This document shows positions 38,501 to 50,515 of a stretch of 64,000 nucleotides of DNA, piece by piece (position 1 is the stretch's first letter; every line of letters begins with the position of its first letter). The notes beneath the pieces were generated by a model. That model was not told the DNA's origin and ran no database searches. It was given only the letters and a program-made list of their open reading frames with translations. This DNA comes from Pelomyxa schiedti (lineage: Eukaryota > Protista > Evosea), in assembly GCA_020536535.1 (NCBI GenBank), contig JAHLWZ010000518.1, positions 62,001 to 126,000 of the forward strand. Direction: 5' to 3'. Position numbers and translations under genes: made by a program.

Positions 38501-40490
38501 ATGGATGTCGATCCAATGGTTGCTTTCTTTTTGCTTGCAGCAGTGTGTAACTTACGTAGGGTATTTATCTGCGACTTCAAGATATGATTGGTCTTGATAT
38601 CTCTCAAGAAGCTATCAACAAATTCTTCAAGGAACAAGCAAAGGGATATTCATTGTACGAACGGGACTTGCTCAGTCTTCCTTCAAAAGTCACTCACATG
38701 GACTTTTTTTCCAGTACTTTTCCCATTCTATCTGCTGTTATTCTGATTGTATCTGTACAAAAGTTGCCGAAGCTCACCTGTTGAATCTAACCTCTCAGGA
38801 GGAGAACAATGAGATGGCGTCCCAGTTTCTACAGTGGAGCATTGACATCTTTACGCATGTCATTTCTGGCAACCCAACATCATGTAAGTCCCATTCCGTG
38901 GAATCCTGTCCCGACTTAATAATATATCCGTAGATAATGACATTTACGAACTTGGGCTTTCGCAATACCATCTCGCCACTCGTGGTACTAACACCAACTC
39001 ATTGTTTGAAGCATGTTGTACGAACGTGGAGCTAGCAAGAAATCTTCATGGAAGAGATATCCCCGAAAGAAAATTGTTGGTTAAACAACAAAGCTACGTG
39101 CAAAATTGAAAAAGATCTAGGAAGTATTCTGTCACTCTGAAGGCAGTACAGAGAGCAAATAACTTTTGTGCATTAGCCAAGTGCTTTTCGTACAACACTG
39201 GAAGTACAGCATTGTGCCTGCAATTGTGTAAGCAATATGTGATGGTGGGACGAAAGGTATTTTGTTTCTCTACTGCTTTTTTTCTAACAACAAACAAGGA
39301 TGGATTTGTGGAAAAAGTAAACTTGAAGAAGCCTAAGAAAAAAAGGGAAGCTAAAGAGTACCATCGAGGCAGTGTCAAGGCTATCAGCGTTGATGATGGA
39401 CTGTTGACGACAATGGGCTTTGACAACAAACTTAAGGTTTGCGAATAGTGGTATTTCTCTTAACGTTGTTTAAAGCTGTGGAATTCCAAAGGTGGGGTTT
39501 TGCAAGAGGTACCATTTTCATTTGAAGGGAGAGCATTTCAAATGCGAAACAAGGTTCTTGTCATAGCTGGTGGAACAAGGTAACCTTTTACACAAGTGGG
39601 AGAATTTCACGTGCACTAGAAAATCACCTGCAAAAATTGGAGTCTGGTTGATGGGCCCCGATGGGAAATATTATGAATCTGATTTCACGTGCCCTGACTA
39701 CGTTGAATGGTTTTTCCCACGGAATCTTTGTATTAATTTGGCTTACAATATGTCAGTATATTCTCTCTCTCCGTTGACGATACAAAAATGGTTACTGGGG
39801 GTGCTGATTGTGCGCGGTTGTGGCCTTTTCCTCCAACAACCACAAAGCCCCCAATTTCATTAGGAGATGTATCCTTTGGCCCCGCTTTTTGTGTCCTATT
39901 GATAGAAGAAACTGATCTTATTGCGGTGGGATATGAGGAAGGCACCATAAGGTTCTCATATTTACTCAATGATCTTTTTAATTCGACACAGACTATTTAC
40001 AACGCTAGATGGCGGTGCATCTCCCCCATGTTGTGGTATCTTGACTGGTCACAATGATGCGGTGACCTGTATGTCTACTTCAGGCTTAGTATTGGCATCT
40101 GGGAGCAATGACGGCACTTTCCGGTTGTGGGATTTACTGACGAACATGTGCATCAAAGTCGTGGAGGATGGCCCAGTTGGAGCGATTCACGTTGGGCTGG
40201 CTTGCGTGTGTGATTCGAGCCCCGCAGCACACCTTCATATTGGACAATACCTGCAACTGCCGCACCTCAATCAACAACAACTAATGACCATTCTCATTGG
40301 CGGAGCAGTGGGGTCCGCGGTATGTGGTGGGCCAGAAATGGGTGATGACAGGAAGCCCAGGTCTGAAAAGATAGAGAGATTAGTGTGCCGTGTAATTACT
40401 GCTGTACACAATGAGCTGCGTGTATATTTCACACAAACAACACCCGCGCAGCAGCACGGGTTGTTGCTACCTACCCCCATACGACTATAA
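35566..40490 (+). CDS. CLU (clustered mitochondria)-domain protein with C-terminal WD40 repeats
   Basis: DFVYAAQSYGKIII, GGIAGG.KY...ILFKFA, AGHELK, VDFLGYRL, YGS, DIEVHRGSDGRFY, LLRPELV, GINLRHLG; C-terminal VTGGAD..RLW and GHNDAV...LASGSNDGTFRLWD. Confidence 0.85.
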
Positions 40491-41874
40491 CCACAACTAC
40501 TACACAACACTACACACCCAAAAAGTATTTTTGTGTTGTTTTTTTAAGGAAAAAAACATAGAATGTTAAACAAAAGAGAAAGCAGTTAATGTTTTCCCCT
40601 CAGAACGCCGAAAGAGATTTCTCTCACCTCTGGTAACGAATTAGATACATAAAAGGAAGATGCGAAAGAAAAACGCACACCAACGGGGGTTTGGGAAGCT
40701 TCGTCCCAGTCAGTCCAGCCATCAGGGTCACTCAGAACAATCTGGAATGGTGTTGAACTTGTGCTATGTAAGCCTTTTAGAGCCTGCAGTTTTGTTTGCG
40801 CGAAAATTTGGTTAAGTTGTAGGCATTTTGCTGTAGTAATATTTGGGAACTATACCTCCACTTTCCAGTTGATAACACCAAGACCGCGGCAATCAATTAG
40901 TGCTATTGTTTTACAATTTCCGTTGTCTACTCAAGGTCGATTGTAAAAATAAGGTGATAAGGAAATACCAGACTCAAGGTAACTGGTTCTTGAATCATGT
41001 ATCACATTCAAGTGACCTTCCCTTTTGCACACTTTACACCTCTCTGTTCTGGGCACGAAGGAATTTGAAGAAAAGTGGGTTACCTTGGTAGTATACAACA
41101 AAACGAAAGGAGAAGGAAGAACATACTCACAACATGCGCTGCACCTAATTTATTAGAAATAGGAGACATAACCTGCAGTAACTATTTAAGGTCGAAATAC
41201 GTACAAAAAGCAACATAACATACACGAGTGTCTACTCGATGGAAAACTTCAGGGCATTCTCCACAAAATAGGCATTTTAGCTTGTTTGGTATTGGTTTTT
41301 GTTTGGAACGTTCACTGACAAAACCTGAAACAACCACGTTGTGTTTTGTTCAAATAGCACTCTGATGTTTGTCACTTCCCCACCAAACGTAAGTCTTGAC
41401 ACCTGACATACAGGCCTCAGGAAATTGACATAAAGAAGCAACATACAGGCATTTTGGAACGCCAATTTCCTGATCGTGTTTAATTTCCGGAAATGACCAC
41501 GCAAAAAAAAAAAAACAAGTCTCAGTTCTCCAAGGTGATAGTTGTTCTTCAAAGGCTTCACTCTGAAAGTATAAGTATCATCATGACCACTTCTCTGGTG
41601 TATTGCCACCCTAGAGGTGACTGCTGTCTTGGACAGACGCTATTATGGGTGTACGAAGGTTTTCCAGAGCAGGAACAGCGCAGATGGAAGCAGAATTCCA
41701 GATGGATCGAACCCATCTGGAACTGTGGAATTTTCCCTTTCTTGGGTTTAAGAACATGTAAAGCACCAGACCATGGACGTGTCTTTCGCCGTATTCGCGA
41801 ATGTTTCGGCTTATAAGCTGCTGTGCGAGAAAAAACAAATAAATTATTGCCACAGGCAGCTTAGCCTCGTTGTC

Positions 41875-43250
41875 ATGGAGTTCGTAACAAGGCGCACAAT
41901 ATTTCCATGTGACTGCGGTACATCATGCTACGGCAGTAGCTATAACTCACCGCGTTGCTACGGTAGTATGGGTGAAAACAGAGCTTACAGCACCCCGCCT
42001 TCCCAAAGCTTATTGGATCAGTTAATGAGTATAAGAGAGCAACAAAATCACGCACGGTTTGCTCGCTTGGCTCAGCGGTTTGTGGGTTGCATTTTGGCGA
42101 GAAGAGACAGCCCAAGACCGGAAGTGTATGCTGCAACATCCGAGTTCTTTACTGGTTTGATGGGAATCTTTAATGCAAATCATCCTCCGTCCATTAGCTT
42201 ACTTGCCTATACAGAAAGGTTAGCCCTTTTTCCCGTCGAAATGAGAAACTAAATCTTCTATGTAGGCTTCTTCAGTATGGTGTATCTGAAGAATCCCTGG
42301 TTCTGACTTTGATCTATATTGACAGGCTTCTGAAAGCTCACCCCAGTTTCAGTTTGACTGAGATAAATACACATCGATTGATTCTTGCTTGGTACAGTTC
42401 AACAGAAAACCAATGAAAATTTACTCCATGCAGTACTGTTGTCGGTCTCAAACACTGGGAAGACTCATTCAGCAGTAATGAATTCTTCGCTCGTGTTGGG
42501 TGTGTCACTGTTGAAGACATGCGGGACCTGGAGGTAGCAGTTCTTTGCCTTTTGGACTTCAAATTGCACGTTTCTACCGAGGGTTTTGCAACCTACCAAC
42601 GCTCCGTGGTGCCGGCACCAGCAGTTTGCGTATCAGTAACCTCTAGTGCATCCCCACACACAAGCACTTGCCCTGACCACGTAAATACGACTTCGACGTC
42701 ATTGCCGTTGTGGTCGGCCATATCCTACAATGCTCCGCTAACAAACAGCCCCCCTTCACTGTCTCCCCCAAATTGCTCCCAAACACCGGTGCGTGCAGGC
42801 TCGCCACCCTACTCCTCACAAGCGTCGTTTTACTCATCATTATCATCCTCTCCTACCAGCACCACAATTCCGTCCACCTCCCCGTCGGCACACCACACCC
42901 ACACCCCCTCCCACACCCACACGCACGCCCACGCTCACCACCCGAGACGTAACCACTCCACCAGTCCCCGTCACCACGCCGACAACGGGAGAAGCGAATA
43001 CAACACTGAGTGCTCCCACTCCCATTCTCACACGCATTCCCATGACCATTCCCATTCACACCACAGTTTTGATCGCCACCACCAGCACGCTCACCGGCAC
43101 GCCGAACAATCATCTGCCGCACTTATAGACGCCACAGTCGGTTCCCTGGCCGAACTGGTGGGACAAGCACTCCAGACACTCACAATGAACAACTTCAATA
43201 CCTCGAGATCCGCCCTCACCGGGCTGACATCCACCAACGCGAGCCTGTGA
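41875..43250 (+). CDS. PHO80/cyclin-U-like cyclin with Ser/His-rich tail
   Basis: PSISLLAYTERL, LIYIDRL, NTHRLILA, K.WED.F.SN.FFARVG, LE...L..LDFKLHVS. An alternative in-frame start exists at 41773. Confidence 0.88.
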
Positions 43251-43376
43251 CAACCGCAAGCCACACACAGATCCGACATTTTTGTGTTTTCTGTTGGATC
43301 TTGTTCGCCCCTTCCATGCTTGTAACATTTGTTTTACACAATGGCACCAGTTCCCTGCGTGTCGTTCACAACTACA

Positions 43377-46300
43377 ATGAGAAATTCGAATAAAAGTCAA
43401 AAACCATTAATTAAACGAAAACTGGCACAACACAACAGGGCCGTGGCGGCAACACAAGGAGCGAGATCGGGGGGAGGATGCGCACTCAACAAACAAGTGC
43501 GAGTGCGTGACGTTAGCGTGGAGGTGGCCACGTCGTCGCTGGTGGTCTCGCTGGATGTGGATGTATCTCTTGTGGACCCGGCATCAAACCGTGTTGTAAA
43601 TAGAGACGTGGAGCACCTCACAAAAAAGTAGGCTTTATTCGTTCATTTTGGGAGGAGCAGAAACTTAAATACTCATGTTGCTTTTTTTTTTTTTTTTACT
43701 TCAAAGGATTCCTTTGAAAATCACAGAGCACACTAACGTGGAACTTCTTGTGGAAGATGTCATTCGCAAGTACGGCAATTTCTTTTCCTCTCAACATACT
43801 GTGGTTCTACGAAGACTGCTGGAAACATTGAAGACAGGAGTTCTCTCCTGTCCCACAACCTCTTCAGGTCATGGACATAGTATGTATGTTTTTCAATGTT
43901 ACCTTGTATGTGTTATCCAACCAAATAATTGTCTTGGTCGTGCTTGTGGGTTGTGATAAACATTGAACTTTTCTTCAGCCATGAGGAGGAGAGAATCCAA
44001 CCATGATGTCATTAATGTACCATCTGTATGCATTTATTATAGAACGCCAACACTCTAACCTCCTCTCATTCTGCACAAAAAATCAGCAATCAGCAAGCAT
44101 GAATGACTTGAGTTCATATCTCACCAAACTATATGGTACTCCAGAAGAGAAACATCAGGCCTCCTTGGCTATTCTGGAGCTTGCTCGAGATTCAGACAAC
44201 TTAGTTCAGCTACTACATTCAAGTGATGGTAGGAACGAGCCCCTGTTACTATAGGCCATTCACACACCGTTTAGTTTCGTTGTTGTCAGCACTTGGCCGG
44301 GTGATGAGAGAAGACTCCGCAAAAAGTATTGATCTAGTAACAAGTGTTGTTTATATATTTTATTGCTTTTCATTGTACCCACGATTCCATAGCGTATGAC
44401 TCGCAATCCCCAAAAACTTCTCACCCTCGATTACCTCAGGACCTTGTACAAAGCAAGATCGGGGATTCGTGCTTCACTGCCATGGAGACTGAAGCTAAGA
44501 GGAAGACTGTTTTTTTACAGGACCTGAAAAAGCTCCAACAAGAAGGTACTATTGCGAGCATTAAAAATACTTACCAAGTTTCGCAGTTCAAATGTCTTCT
44601 GCGGAAATCGCACCTGAAAGAAGGCAACAACTTGCTCGAGATTCGAAACACTTTCAGGCACTACAAAAAAAGCAGGAGGCACTGTTTACTGGTATGTGTA
44701 TAGTATTTTCCTTGAATATCTAAAGACTTTCAGTTTGCTTGCACGTTTTACTCAACATGGCTGAAGACCCAGCAATAGAAGAAAGAATGACTAAACGTGG
44801 AGTAGTGTCCATACTTCTTGGATTTCTAGATACAAATGACGCTGAGCTGCTTGCTGTCGTTCTCACATTCCTCAAGCAATTATCCATTTTTTGTGAGAAC
44901 AAGAATGCCATGCTGACCATGGGTGTAGCAGAGAAGCTTATCCTCGTCTTGAATAACTCAAATGAGGTTCTTCTCTTGACATAACCTTATCCCATGTTCA
45001 TTGTTTTAAAGTCGATCGTAAGCCTTGCTCTGCGACTCTTATATAATTTATCATTTGATGCTGGAACGCAGGAGAAGGTGCATTACTTCTCTCTACTTTG
45101 TTTACATTTTATTTAGATGGTGGCATTGGGATATATTCCAAAACTAGCCAACTTTCTCAGTAATGGGTCATACCAATTAACCACAATACATCTGTTGTAC
45201 CATCTCTCCATCCACCCTAATCACAAAGAGATGTTCTCCTCGGTCACTCTTCAAGTTGTATGTATCCCAATGAAAGCCTCTATGCATTCATTACTTGTAG
45301 TTAACTCAGATGGTTTTGAGCGATCCAAATCCCCAAGTGAACTCGAGCTTAATTGCTCTACTGCTAAATTTATGCATAAGTTCTCGCAATGCTCATGTAT
45401 TGTGCGGGGGTACAAATATTGGCTTGTTAGTCAGCCGGGCACAAAAAACGGGTGATCCCATGGTTGTAAAATTGCTTAGGACCCTTGCTGTTTCTGCTCC
45501 AGAGCAGTTTGTGGTATATACATTTACAATTTACAACTGAAATAACCCACTCAAGGGAGCCATACACCCACTTGTCGAAATGATGGTGAAATTGTTGCCA
45601 CCGCATTCGACTACAACCAACCTTGAGATGCTCATTGATTTGATATCAGTCATTCTATGTGTGGACCTTAACAATATGGACTGGTCAACTCTAGGTAGTT
45701 AAATTTTGTATCTATATCGGATTCAACATTTCCAGGGGAGAAGTTCAATCTTTTTGGTTGTCTCACATCCGTGTTACAGCAGTTTTCTGTTGATGCCAAG
45801 ACAAACGAGCAAATCTTATGCATGCTCATGAGTCTTGTACAGTTGTGTACAAGTAGTAATACTAGTGGTGTGGAGTCAATTGTGAGGTGTGGACTACCCC
45901 AATTGTTTGTATCTCTGCTAGCTGGTATCTCGCAACAGACAGTGAGAGGTTTTAGCAACTTCTAAAGGCTTTTTCAGATTTTCATGAAAATACAACACTC
46001 GTTTCTCATGCATTGGAATGTGTATGTGCATTTATGTTACATACTCCAACTAGGTTGGCAATTTTGAGCCACGGTTTGTAACTTCAAATGAAGGGTTTTA
46101 TTAAAACTAAAAGAGGACTTTCCGAATCTTTGTATGCAATTCACCTCCTACCCCAACGAACGTATCAATGCCCTGTGCTCAAATATACTGGACTACTTGA
46201 TGGTATGACGGACAACAAGCCTGTATGACATTTAACAGGAACATGACCCCGAATGGGAAAAGAAAATACGGGAATATAAATTTAGAGTTCACAACAACCA

Positions 46301-46819
46301 GTGGCTCGAAGCTATCTCTCGTGCCCATGAGACTGGAGGCGAACAGGGGTGGGAAGTAGATGACACTACAGCATTTGCACTGGATAACAATGCGGATTTT
46401 GATAACCTCCCCTTAAGTGCCTCTGCGTCGAGTTTCCGCCCTGGAGGTGACCCGGCCCCTCAATCCAGCTACTCATCAACCCCACGCCGAGCACCCAAGC
46501 CAAAGCCATCACTGCAACCCACAGCACCCACACCCACGAGAATTGTACAAACCACAACACCAGGCACCAATAGAACGGCCGCAATCCTGGCATCACCCAA
46601 GGCACCAACACTCAGACCTAGTGCAACGCAACCAGCCACAGACCCCCGTCATATACAGCGACCACAGTCTGCCCGGCCTCAGACTGCCAACAAAGGGGCA
46701 AAGTCCTCAGTACCTACGCGGTATGCACTTCTCATATTTCTCATCGTGGGATTCACATTGTCACAGACAGACACAGGCACCTCCCAAAGACCAACGGAAG
46801 CCCTGAGTTAAACAAATAA
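43377..46819 (+). CDS. KIFAP3: Kinesin-associated protein 3 (kinesin-2 non-motor subunit); start and last exon uncertain
   Basis: ILELARDSDNL, ALGRVMRED.AKSIDL...IFYCFS, LLNMAED..IE.RM, TFLKQLSIFCENKN.M, LRLLYNLSFD, KFRVHNNQWLE. Confidence 0.88.
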
Positions 46820-46866
46820 AAAATTTTGTCCATCAGTTCTCATAAAAGTAAAATTGGGCGGGCGAA

Positions 46867-47348
46867 ATGAGCTCCAAGGCGGGTCGGAAGACGCCGCAAA
46901 AGACGCCATTGAAGCGAAGAGCGCAAACGACACCGCTGAGCATCATGGCAGCGCCACCCGTATTCGCGTATAACATTTCTTTTTTTGGGAAACGCGAAAC
47001 GCCGTGGCAGAGTTGTGGGACCAACCAGATTTTTTTTTTCCTCCTCTCCCCTCTGTGCACAAGGTAGAATTGGGCGCCGTGGAGGAAGAGATTGCGATAA
47101 TAGAAAGGGAGATCTTGCGACTAAGTGAGCTGCAGAAGATGTCAGAGTCTGGCCAATCTTCCCAGTGGGCCATTGAGGACCCTTCATCCTTCGCCTGCCT
47201 CGGTTGCCTCTGTGACGGATCACCTGACTCTGCCACACCACATGATCCATATCCCACCAAAAGGCAGAGGCACAAGTTCCTCGAGTCCTTCTTGTGTGAA
47301 GTCCTCTCAGAGGCCTCATCCCTGGACAACGAGAAAAATGACACGTAA
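46867..47348 (+). CDS. Small hypothetical protein (basic N-terminus, short coiled coil)
   Basis: MSSKAGRKTPQKTPLKRR exon joins by a GT-AG intron to VELGAVEEEIAIIEREILRLSELQKM...*. Confidence 0.5.
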
Positions 47349-47462
47349 CAGGAAAGAAATTCTTTCTTGTTTGCCAACAAGGTTTTGTTGCACCGTTTCT
47401 AAAAAGAATAAAAAGTATACACCCCTTCTTTCATTTTTTTACAACAAAACCAGCCACTAGCG

Positions 47463-48849
47463 ATGGCGTCTTCCACCCCTAGCACGTCTGACAAATCGAC
47501 AATTGACAAGGTCAAGGAGTACTACGGCAAAGGTAGGAGGCATTGTTAGCTGTAAAGAAAACCAAATTGCTTACTGCATTCACTAGTATTGAAGACATCC
47601 GACGATTTGCAGAGTAATGCCTGTTGTACTGCTGTTAGGCCACCAAAGCACATCATAAGGTTTTTTTTTTTTTTTTGTCAACCCTCTTTTTTGTTACCAT
47701 ACACTCCCAGTGCAATGGAAAAACTAAGTGAAGAAGTCCTCTCCAAGTACTACGGATGTGGTTTGACAATCCCTGATGAATTGACTGGCCTATCTGTTAT
47801 GGATTTAGGATGTGGTGCTGGTCGGGATTGCTATATTCTCAGTTGTTTGGTTGGCCAAACAGGGCATGTAGTATGTGAAGTACTTATGTTTTCCCACGAG
47901 TGAAATTTTATTCAGACTGGGATTGATATGACTGATGAACAACTGGAAGTTGCTCGCAGGAACATTCCGTATCATATGGAGTCTTTCCACTACACTACTC
48001 CAAACATCGAGTTCGTCCAGGGGTACATTGAGGATCTCGCAACAGCCGGAATAAGGACAGGTTCCTTGGATCTCATTGTGTAAGCCAAATATTGTTTCCA
48101 ATCTGTTAGCTCAAGTTACATAGGTCAAACTGCGTTATTAATTTGTCGCCAAATAAGGAGGCTGTGCTGCGCGAAGCATACAGGGTTCTGAAGACTGGTG
48201 GTGAACTCTATTTCTCTGATGTTTATGCTGATCGCCGTGTTCCTAAAGAGCTCGTATGACACAGGTACCCTTGACACTTTCAATGACATCATGTAGGTGG
48301 ATAATCCCGTTCTTTATGGGGAATGTATCAGTGGCGCACTTTACTGGAATGACTTCATAAATCTTGCCAAGAAGGTTGGGTTTACTGACCCTCGTCTTGT
48401 GGAAGATCACGTAATTACTATCCGAAATCCCCGCATCGAAGAACTTGTAGGGCATATCAAATTTTACAGTGCTACCTACCGCCTGTGGAAATTGGATAAC
48501 TTGGAAAACCGTGTGTTCACCCCACTTCAGCTGCAAGCAACCTACTCAAATTCCGACCTTAGAATGCGAAGATTACGGGCAAGCTGTAATATACAAAGGA
48601 ACCATTTCCACATGCCCCAAAGCGTTCACCCTCGACGCTCACCATGTGATCGAGGCTGGCAAGGTCTTCCCAGTGTGTGGAAACACGTTCTCCATGCTGC
48701 ATGACACTCGCTTTGCTCCCCACTTCACGTTCATTGGAGACCGCAGCACCCACTATGGTATATATGCTGACTGTGGCTACAAAATCCCCTTCAAGTCAGC
48801 CACAGCATCCCCATGTGCACCATCAAAGTCTGGCGGTTCTTGTTGCTAA
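47463..48849 (+). CDS. AS3MT: Arsenite S-adenosylmethionine methyltransferase (AS3MT/ArsM)
   Basis: VKEYYGKVL, SNACC, YYGCG, DLGCGAGRD, GIDMT, SNCVINLSPNK, YGECISGALYW and a terminal CC. Confidence 0.93.
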
Positions 48850-48900
48850 ACGCAGGTCAAACAAAACCTATCTATTTGAAACCCATAGGGTTTTTTTTTT

Positions 48901-50282
48901 TCAAGACAAAGTGTTGGTACAGTCGGGAAACCGAGAGGAAATGGTGTTCCAGAAGGATTCGTATACTTTGGGGTCAGTGAGTGCGAAGACGACGTGCCGG
49001 AATGCATTGATGAGGCGTGGTGCCGCTTCACTGGTGGTAGCAGAGGCAGATGTGGTGCTTGGTGGTTCAGAGGAATTGCCGGTGACAGTTTGGCTTGTAG
49101 CTACCGGTTCAGGTAATGATGGTTCGGGTGCAGGGGTTGGTGTAGGTGGTGTGAGCGGTGTTGCGGTTGTTGCGGTAGTTGTAGTTGTGGGTTCTGTGCC
49201 TTGGGTGTCTGTTGGAGTAGTGGAATTTGTCTCTGTGCTTGGTGTGACAGCGCTTACTGAAATGGGTTGTAGAAGCTGTTCACAGAACAGTTCGGCAACA
49301 GTTTTTGGGTCATTCTTAAAGACACCACATCCCCATGCACCCAAAATTATGACATCATCTCCATGAGCAACCGCCGTACAGAGTACTCGGTGTGCTCTGT
49401 GCATCATAACAGGGCGAAGTGTTTCTTCAGCTTGAGCTTTGGGGGTTACTCGTTTGTACACCACACCAGCATTCACTGCTGGAGAGGTTATAAACGAGAC
49501 ACAGTGTGGATGTTCTTTAAGTGTCCCATCTTCGTCTCTGAAAACAGGGGTGCCGGGGCTGAAAAGCAAATAAGCATTAGACTGAGAACCCAGAACTGTA
49601 CCTATAGGTGACGTGGTCACTGTAGAGACCAGTATTTGGTTTTCTGTGCTCGTTGAACTTGTACAGAGGAGAAGCAGCAGGCGCAGTTAAACAGGCATAT
49701 AAACCCGACGAACGGGATAGAGATTCTTCCTGGGCGCGGGAGCCCTTGAGGAAGGTTTAATTAGACGTGGAAGAAGATAAAATGGAATCACTCACTTTAA
49801 GAAAGCCTCCACCAGGGTGCTTCGCGGAAGCGAAATTGAGGGCTGACACGCCGGTGACAACTCCTTGTGAAACAAGTCCTTGAATTGCTTGGAGTGTGGT
49901 AGCCTGAATCACACTAACGCGAGTACTTGTGTAAAAATGACGAGGAGCAGAAGTCAAAATGGGATCTTCAGGCAGATGGCACACCGTCCCTGGCAGAAAC
50001 AATCAACAACGGAATTACTTTGTCAACTGAACACAAAAGAACTCAAAATGAAACCTGTGATTGCCCTCTCTAGATCTTCCCTGACCACAACATGAGTACC
50101 AGATCCCGTAGTGTACTCGCCTTTTAATTAAAAGTCAAACGACGGAGTGTTTTTATAAAAGAAAAAGTGCAGGCACAGTGTTTCGGAGCAATCAAATAAC
50201 CACACGTAACGTGGTATATACCAGATTTCAAGACCCGGACGGTCTCCTCTGCCATCAATCTTGCACCCTTGCGTGTTGTCAT
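48901..50282 (-). CDS. Bacterial-type poly(ADP-ribose) glycohydrolase (TIGR02452/DUF2263-like macrodomain)
   Basis: AEETV..L.SG.Y, LNFASAKHPGGGFLKGSRAQEESL.RSSGLY, YSP..PVFRD, ITSPAVN, ILGAWGCGVFKNDP, FRHVVFA. Confidence 0.9.
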
Positions 50283-50515
50283 TTTATTGCAATAAATCAC
50301 GATAAAACGCCTCTCAATTTACTGGAATTGATCGGTCCGAAGACTGCAGGTCTCTGCAGAGGATCTGATTTTTATCAATCAGGAGAGAAAGGGTGACCAG
50401 CAGCGAACTGGGAGACAATTACAACTGACACATGGCTCCAACAAGTTTGGCGTTTACTAAGTTGTGCATTGCCGCAAGTTGGGCGTTTTAACGGGGAAAG
50501 AAAATAAGCCTGAAC

